DNA of 51,835 nucleotides from a virus (lineage: Duplodnaviria > Caudoviricetes). The notes below the pieces were generated by a model. It saw only the letters and a list, made by a program, of their open reading frames with translations. It did not search any database and had not been told where the DNA came from. The position numbers were made by a program, and so were the translations under genes. Shown here piece by piece: positions 46,286 through 51,835 of the stretch. Where the stretch lies: IMG/VR virus record IMGVR_UViG_3300042196_000315, positions 1 through 51,835 of that record. One strand, given 5' to 3'. The stretch's first letter is position 1. Each line of letters starts with the position of its first letter.

Positions 46286-47218
46286 GTGGATTTTTTAGAA
46301 CTGGCTTACTACATCTCCCCTGATGGCATCGAGTACCCCGTCTTTGGCGGCGGCCGGGCAGCCATCTCTGTGCGCGGCATTGGGCCGTCTGAACTGACCT
46401 GGATTACTGATAAGGGGCCGTTCCAGCACGGGGAGACGGTCAGGGATTACCGCTACCAGGCGCAGGTGGTGACACTGGATATTTACGAGCGGGGGGCCTG
46501 CCGCCAGGATTGGTACTGCGCTGAGGGCGAGCTGATTGACATCACTCGGCCCAATAGAGGCGGGGATGCCAGCGACAGCGGCCGCCTGCTGATTATGCGG
46601 CAAGACTGGCAGGAGTTCGAGATACCGGCCCGTCTCCTGCGCGGGCCGCTGGGAGACTGGGACGGCCAGGGCCGCACCAGGCAGAGCGATCTACGGGAAC
46701 GGGTGCAGTTCTTCTGCGCCGATCCCTTCTGGCACAACCCCGCCCCAACCACCCAGGCGGTAGAACTGGAGCCGGCCGATAGCTGCCTGCCCCTCTGCCT
46801 GCCCCTGTGCCTGGGCAGCGGCAACATCAATGAGGATGTGACTATTCTCTACGGGGGCACGTGGTTTGGCGACACGATGACGCTGCAATTTATCGGCCCC
46901 TGGACAGGCCCGGCCATCCGCAATGAGACGGCCGGCAAGGAAATACGCCTCAACTATGGTGTGGCCGCCGGGGAGGTGGTGACCGTTACCATCACGCCCA
47001 ATGTGGTAACGGCGGTTAACAACTTTGGCCAAAAGCTCAAAGGGGTGGTTAATAATCTGAGTGACCTGATGACCTTCCGGCTCATCCCACGTGGGGCACT
47101 GACGGCCGATGGCACAAATGTGATCAATGTCAGCGGCGCAGGTGGGGAGGCTGGTGGCAGCGGCTTCTCTATTAGCTACCTGACAAGGTACATCGGTATT
47201 TTTCCGCCGTGTACGTAG
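46286..47218 (+). CDS. Distal tail protein (Dit)
   Basis: Follows TMP; GPFQHGE, FFCADPFW, GPWTGPAIRNET. Confidence 0.8.
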   Translation: MDFLELAYYISPDGIEYPVFGGGRAAISVRGIGPSELTWITDKGPFQHGETVRDYRYQAQVVTLDIYERGACRQDWYCAEGELIDITRPNRGGDASDSGRLLIMRQDWQEFEIPARLLRGPLGDWDGQGRTRQSDLRERVQFFCADPFWHNPAPTTQAVELEPADSCLPLCLPLCLGSGNINEDVTILYGGTWFGDTMTLQFIGPWTGPAIRNETAGKEIRLNYGVAAGEVVTVTITPNVVTAVNNFGQKLKGVVNNLSDLMTFRLIPRGALTADGTNVINVSGAGGEAGGSGFSISYLTRYIGIFPPCT

Positions 47219-47312
47219 GAAGAAATTATGAAGGATGAAGGATGAATTATGAAGAAGAGGCCGCCCAACGGGACTTCCCCCTTCATAATTCCTAATTCCT
47301 AATTCCTAATTG
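47219..47312. repeat. Heptamer-repeat hairpin cassette 5
   Basis: Same architecture; shares loop GAGGCCGCCCAACGGGACTTCCCC with cassette 4. Confidence 0.85.
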
Positions 47313-47321
47313 GATTAAGAG

Positions 47322-48392
47322 ATGACACAATTTTCTTGGAACTTTGCTTGTGTGCCGGCGGCCGGGGATGCCAACCCGCTGACGGCCGAAAACCTGGCGG
47401 CCGCCCGCCTGTTTATGGGCAATTTTGACCCGGTGGGGGCCGGGGTGATCTACTGGACGGCCAGTACGCCGGCCAACGTGCTGTTTCCCGGCTCCCCTCC
47501 CGGCCTGGGAGCGGGATCACTCGCGGGCCTGTTGGCCATCTCCAACCCCTCGGCCGGGGTGGTGCGGATTGCGGCCGGGGTGGGCATGGCCCTGGGTTAT
47601 TTGTTTATCAGCGACGGCAATGTGGACTTCAACATCAACGGGGATCCCGGCCAGGCCAATGCCACCGACCTCATTGTCCTGCGCCGCGACGGCCTGGCCA
47701 CCACGCCGCAAATACGCCTGGCACGGGTGAAGGCCACCAGCCCCGCTTCAACGGCGGCCGTGACCCAAAACGCGACAACGTGGGAAGTGGCCCTGGCCGA
47801 GGTGCTGCTGGATGGGGGCGGTCAATTTTCGGCGGTGACGGATGTGCGGACACTGGTGCGGGCCGGGCTGGGCACGGCCGTATTAATTTCAGTAGCGGTC
47901 GGCACGGGCGCAAGCGGCACGATCAGCTTTCAAAACATACCGCCGTTTTTTCGTCAATTAAAGGTTGTGGGTGCTGCTCGCAGTGACGGCGCGGGAACGG
48001 TTGGCAACTTGACGATGCTCATTAACAACGATAGTGGCAATAATTACAGCCAATCGAGGATAACTGGCCAGAACGGCGCGGTTGCTAACACGGTTGCGGC
48101 CGCCACATCAGCGATTACGCTAGGCTCCATTTCTGCAAGCGGCGGTGTTGCGGGCAGTCGGGATGGGTTGGATTTAATCATAGAGGATGTGCAAAACGCG
48201 GCCGCCTTCAAGACACTAAACAGCCGGATGTCATCAATGGGCGACGGCACCACCGGCGCATTTGGTGTGGCCCTGGAGGCCGTTGATGCCTGGTGGCACA
48301 GCGCGAGCCGGGTCAGCAGGTTGGACTTGATTATCACACCAAGCGGCAATTTCACGGCCGATTCTGTGATTTATCTATATGGATTGTTTTAA
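47322..48392 (+). CDS. Baseplate/tail fibre (receptor-binding) protein
   Basis: DLIVLR...WEVALAEV...TDVR N-domain; GTISFQNIP...IYLYGL C-domain. Confidence 0.75.
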   Translation: MTQFSWNFACVPAAGDANPLTAENLAAARLFMGNFDPVGAGVIYWTASTPANVLFPGSPPGLGAGSLAGLLAISNPSAGVVRIAAGVGMALGYLFISDGNVDFNINGDPGQANATDLIVLRRDGLATTPQIRLARVKATSPASTAAVTQNATTWEVALAEVLLDGGGQFSAVTDVRTLVRAGLGTAVLISVAVGTGASGTISFQNIPPFFRQLKVVGAARSDGAGTVGNLTMLINNDSGNNYSQSRITGQNGAVANTVAAATSAITLGSISASGGVAGSRDGLDLIIEDVQNAAAFKTLNSRMSSMGDGTTGAFGVALEAVDAWWHSASRVSRLDLIITPSGNFTADSVIYLYGLF

Positions 48393-48637
48393 TGACACGA
48401 GGAAAATTCATGACCAGGCGACAGTTTTTAATTAGCTTGGGGCTAACGGCCGCCTGGCTGCGATTGCGCCCAACAAGAGTTGGGGGGCCAACAGGAGCTG
48501 GTGTCCTGTTTGCGCGCAAACAAAGCGCGGCCGCTCCCCATGTTTTCGGCTGCCTGCCTCTTTGCCTGGCGGCCCCTGGGGCGGATGAGCAATATTACTT
48601 CCCGGCCGTTTGGGCGAAAGTGAGGAACGGCCGGTGA
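48392..48637 (+). CDS. Small protein with twin-arginine-like N-terminus
   Basis: TRRQFLISLGLTAAWL; TAATG and GTGA overlaps; alternative start 48410. Confidence 0.5.
   Translation: MTRGKFMTRRQFLISLGLTAAWLRLRPTRVGGPTGAGVLFARKQSAAAPHVFGCLPLCLAAPGADEQYYFPAVWAKVRNGR
48507..48522. promoter_or_regulatory. parS-like palindrome 4 (TGTTTGCGCGCAAACA)
   Basis: Perfect 16-bp palindrome. Confidence 0.6.
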
Positions 48638-49494
48638 CATTAATTTATCCGATTGCGCTGGGGCGGACGGGGATGATCGGCCGTCCGACATCGTTTCCTA
48701 TTTTGCCGGTGGGGGGCGCGGCCTTCGTCGGCGCGTTCGATGCCATTGCCAATTTGGTGCATGTCTGGTGCATCGCCAGGAGATGGCTATCCAGCTACAC
48801 CGGCCGTCTGGTGAGATTTCGGCGGAGCAGCGACAATGCCGAGCTAGATTTCACCTATGACGCTGACGGCAACCTAGACGTGGCGGCCGTTGCAGCCTGG
48901 GCGGGGGGTAGCGCATTCGTCGTTGTGGTAGCTGACCAGGTATCGGCCGACGATGTGAGCCAGGGCACGGCTGGGAATCAGCCGCTATTTGTGGCATCGG
49001 GGCAGAACGGGCACGCGGTTGGGAGAGGCGGTGGCGCACTTGGGAATAGATTTTTAGTTGCCACATTCTCAGCAGCGCTATCTCAGCCATTTAATGTATA
49101 CACTGCGGCAAAAGCGAGCGGCCTGGCCAGTACTACGCAATGGTTACTTAGCGACCTTGCTCCGAGTGATAATTTATATTTTGCTATGTTTTCTAGCTTG
49201 TTCCGGTTTTACGCCAACAGCAATTTATTGTCTGGAACGGCAAACACTAATTGGAATATATGGACGGGTTTGGCAAATGGCGTATCGGGCGAGTTCTGGA
49301 TTAATGGTGTAAGCCAACAGGCCGGCAATGCCGGAGCATTCAATCCAGCCGGAATAACAATTGGCGCATCGGCTGGTGGAACATCCGGCTGGATTGGCGA
49401 CATCGCCACCATAGCCATAGCCGAAAATCACGACACAACGGCGCGGCAGGCGGTTGAGGCGGCATTAGATGATTATTGGAGCATTGTACCATGA
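48634..49494 (+). CDS. ConA/LamG-like lectin-fold tail protein
   Basis: RRWLSSYTGRLVRFRRSSDNAELDF; ITIGA...WIGDIA; VEAALDDYW. Confidence 0.7.
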   Translation: MTLIYPIALGRTGMIGRPTSFPILPVGGAAFVGAFDAIANLVHVWCIARRWLSSYTGRLVRFRRSSDNAELDFTYDADGNLDVAAVAAWAGGSAFVVVVADQVSADDVSQGTAGNQPLFVASGQNGHAVGRGGGALGNRFLVATFSAALSQPFNVYTAAKASGLASTTQWLLSDLAPSDNLYFAMFSSLFRFYANSNLLSGTANTNWNIWTGLANGVSGEFWINGVSQQAGNAGAFNPAGITIGASAGGTSGWIGDIATIAIAENHDTTARQAVEAALDDYWSIVP

Positions 49495-49757
49495 CGGAAT
49501 ATCTACCTCTCACAGAAGAAACGGCCGATTCCCGCAGCCGCTCCGAGGCAATGAATCGGGCGGCGGGGCTGCAACAAGGCGCAATTACGACGCATTGGCA
49601 TGGCTGGATTACACACCCGATTACGGGCCAGGAGGCTTTGATTGTAGCCAGTGAAGATGACAAGGAATTTTTCACAGTGGACGAATTGGCGGCACTGCTG
49701 ACACAAGAGCAGGCGGAGGCGGCCGATTGGCTTCTGGATTTTCAGGAGGAACAATAA
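49491..49757 (+). CDS. Small tail-associated protein
   Basis: ATGA overlap. Confidence 0.6.
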   Translation: MTEYLPLTEETADSRSRSEAMNRAAGLQQGAITTHWHGWITHPITGQEALIVASEDDKEFFTVDELAALLTQEQAEAADWLLDFQEEQ

Positions 49758-49759
49758 TT

Positions 49760-50236
49760 ATGGCCTGGACACAAGAGCAGCCACGAACGCCTACGACAAT
49801 AGGCAAAATTGACCACTTCCTTGATGACCTGGATGGCACGAATCCCAACCGGTCATTACGATTTTTTCTACAGGTGCTTGACCAAAATGGCGCAATCATG
49901 CGTACCCTGTCGGGCGACGAAGTGCCACACCTGACGCAGACGCAGATTAATCAGCTATTGTCATTCATGGCAACGAGGCGGACGGCACTGCCTGTTGATT
50001 TGTCATTTGAGGCGGGCAATGTGGTCGGCCGTGTCACATGGCGATTCCGGGACGGTGATGGCACTGTCGGCAGTCGGTCATTACACGCCAGAGTGATTGA
50101 GCTAGATGCTCAGGGCGGTTTCGTTACCAGGCATCAGATTAACGACCAGGGCAACCTGACACCGACGCAGGTCACGGCCGCACTTACATTTTTGGACACA
50201 CAGAGAGCAAAGGCGGAGGTAGAAATACTACCATGA
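49760..50236 (+). CDS. Two-repeat protein, tail region
   Basis: AGGAGG RBS; internal duplication of a ~70-aa unit. Confidence 0.65.
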   Translation: MAWTQEQPRTPTTIGKIDHFLDDLDGTNPNRSLRFFLQVLDQNGAIMRTLSGDEVPHLTQTQINQLLSFMATRRTALPVDLSFEAGNVVGRVTWRFRDGDGTVGSRSLHARVIELDAQGGFVTRHQINDQGNLTPTQVTAALTFLDTQRAKAEVEILP

Positions 50237-51684
50237 GCAACGAAATTATTTTTCCACACGACACGCCGGCCTTAACCAGCCTCTACGCGGTCATTTTGAA
50301 TAATGTGGGGCAGGCATTCAATACGGTCACACCTGGCTTTGAAGCCATCACCGATGCGAATTGGGATGACTACGCCATCAGCCTGACGGAAGGCGGCACG
50401 GCCAGCCAGATTTATCTAGGCGATTTCCCGGCCGTAGCGGCTGGGGTCTACACCGTGCTGGTCTACGACGGCGCGGCTCCGTCCGTGGGCGATACCCTGC
50501 TCGGCGCTGGCAAAATGGACTGGTCGGGAACGGCCGAGAGATACCTCTCGGCCGTGAAACTGGGGAATGAGGCGCAGGCGGGCGATGCGGCCGTACTCAC
50601 GCTTGAGCGTATGGTCGTGATCTCCATCACCACTGACCAGCCGGCCGTATTACTGACCGGCATGGACAGCGGGGCCGGGCTGCATTCCATTGGCGGCTCC
50701 TCCGGTCATGGCGCACATTTCCAGGCCGGGGGGGACGGCGACGGAGTGCGGGCTACTGGCGGCTCCTCCGAGGGGCACGGCCTTTCGGCGCGGGCGGCGG
50801 CCGATGGCAGCGGTATCCAGGCCATCGGGATAGGGACCGCTGCCAATGGCATATCAGGCGCGGGCGGCGCGGGCGGGGCTGGCATCCGGGGCGCGGGCGG
50901 AACGAATGGCAACGGCATTACCGGTCTCGGCAACGGGACAGGGCACGGCATGGCCCTGGACGGCGGCGCGACCGGGCACGGATTACGGTCGCATGGCGGG
51001 GCTACCTCTGGCGACGGGATACACGCTGAGGCCGCAACCGACGGCGAGGGTGTAGACGCTGTGGGCAAAGGTTCTGGCGACGGCATCCGGGCTACCGGCG
51101 GGGCCACCTCCGGCGCGGGTATCGAGGCGGCCGGGCAAGGCGGCGGGCCGGGGATCCGTGGCACGGGCGGCGCAACGGGCAATGGTGTCATCGGCCAGGG
51201 CGGAGCCAGCGCCGGGAAAGGCATGGCCCTGATTGGCACTGGTGGGGGCGAGGGCCTGCAGGCAACCGGGTCCGGTGATGGCGCGGGCATCCGGGCCGAT
51301 GGCGGCAGTACTGATGGATCGGCTGGAATCAGAGCTACCAGCAACGCCACCAATGGCGACGGCATGGAACTTATTGGCACGGGCACGGGGCTGGACTTGG
51401 ACGCGACCACAACCGATAACTTGGAGGTGGCGTTGGATGTGGCGGCGGCTAATGACATCGCTGATGCGGTACTGGATAGGCCCATTACCGAACCGGGCAG
51501 TGTCTTTGCCTGGGGCAGCGCGACGCTGCGGAATATTATCGGCTGGCTAGGTGCTCTCTCCCGTAACCGGATCACGCAGACGACTACTACTCAGGCCCTG
51601 CGCAATGATGCGGATTCGGGAGATATTGCCACAGCAACTGTCTCAGATGATGGCACAACGGCCAGCAGGGGAGAGTTCTCCTAA
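50233..51684 (+). CDS. Gly-rich repeat tail fibre/spike protein
   Basis: Many ~12-13-aa GxG(I/M)xxxGG repeats; DIADAVLDRP...TLRNIIG C-terminal module. Confidence 0.75.
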   Translation: MSNEIIFPHDTPALTSLYAVILNNVGQAFNTVTPGFEAITDANWDDYAISLTEGGTASQIYLGDFPAVAAGVYTVLVYDGAAPSVGDTLLGAGKMDWSGTAERYLSAVKLGNEAQAGDAAVLTLERMVVISITTDQPAVLLTGMDSGAGLHSIGGSSGHGAHFQAGGDGDGVRATGGSSEGHGLSARAAADGSGIQAIGIGTAANGISGAGGAGGAGIRGAGGTNGNGITGLGNGTGHGMALDGGATGHGLRSHGGATSGDGIHAEAATDGEGVDAVGKGSGDGIRATGGATSGAGIEAAGQGGGPGIRGTGGATGNGVIGQGGASAGKGMALIGTGGGEGLQATGSGDGAGIRADGGSTDGSAGIRATSNATNGDGMELIGTGTGLDLDATTTDNLEVALDVAAANDIADAVLDRPITEPGSVFAWGSATLRNIIGWLGALSRNRITQTTTTQALRNDADSGDIATATVSDDGTTASRGEFS

Positions 51685-51835
51685 TGGCGGTTGACACCCG
51701 CAATAAGCGTTTCAGCCTGATCGGGCTGGGCAGCCCCGTGCCGGCCGTGCTGCCCAGCCCGGACGGGGGATTTGGCTCCATTGATGATCGTTACATGCTG
51801 CTGTGGCTCTATTTCGGCCTTCTGGCTCCGCCCCC
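51684..51835 (+). CDS. 5' part of the tail protein continuing at 128-1367
   Basis: TAATG overlap; MAVDTRNKRFSLIGLGSPVPAVLPS is in frame with ORF 30..1367. Confidence 0.85.
   Translation, partial: MAVDTRNKRFSLIGLGSPVPAVLPSPDGGFGSIDDRYMLLWLYFGLLAPP
51709..51835 (+). repeat. Terminal direct repeat, copy 2
   Basis: Identical to 1-127. Confidence 0.95.

Noticed and set aside
47322-51684. Diversity-generating retroelement acting on tail fibres
   Set aside because: No reverse transcriptase and no TR/VR pair differing at adenines was seen

Overview
The window is a complete, circularly assembled temperate siphophage genome of about 51.7 kb. Positions 1-127 equal 51709-51835, and a tail gene reads through the junction. 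The host is probably a Chloroflexota (Anaerolineae-like) bacterium; this is inferred from the Pro/Thr-linker LysM and Excalibur proteins, an EAD-like domain and strong ACGGCCGT/CGGCCG enrichment. Layout: end of the tail operon and a Dam-like methyltransferase (1-4043, +); a leftward early operon of small hypothetical genes (4129-12006, -); an Xis-like HTH gene, an Excalibur moron, attP (3' half of tRNA-Ser GGA) and a tyrosine integrase (12183-14299); rightward replication/accessory genes including Rep with an internal origin, ParB, a HAD phosphatase and a ParB-N/MTase (14429-26952); then terminase, portal, head and tail genes (27326-51835). The most unusual signals are in the DNA itself. (i) 13 copies of a 20-bp palindrome lie upstream of, and in-frame inside, the Dam-like MTase gene. 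(ii) Four parS-like TGTTTGCGCGCAAACA sites are nearly evenly spaced round the circle, one abutting the parB RBS, with no parA recognised. (iii) Tiny dispersed elements (CCAAC-N3-5-GTTGG and a 21-mer) sit in unrelated genes; one frameshifts a WGR-domain gene. (iv) Four hairpins with a constant loop and covarying stems lie inside rep. (v) Five heptamer-repeat hairpin cassettes punctuate the structural operon. (vi) An Acb1-like 2H phosphoesterase is fused into the prohead protease/scaffold. All family calls are from motif recognition by eye; no searches were run.
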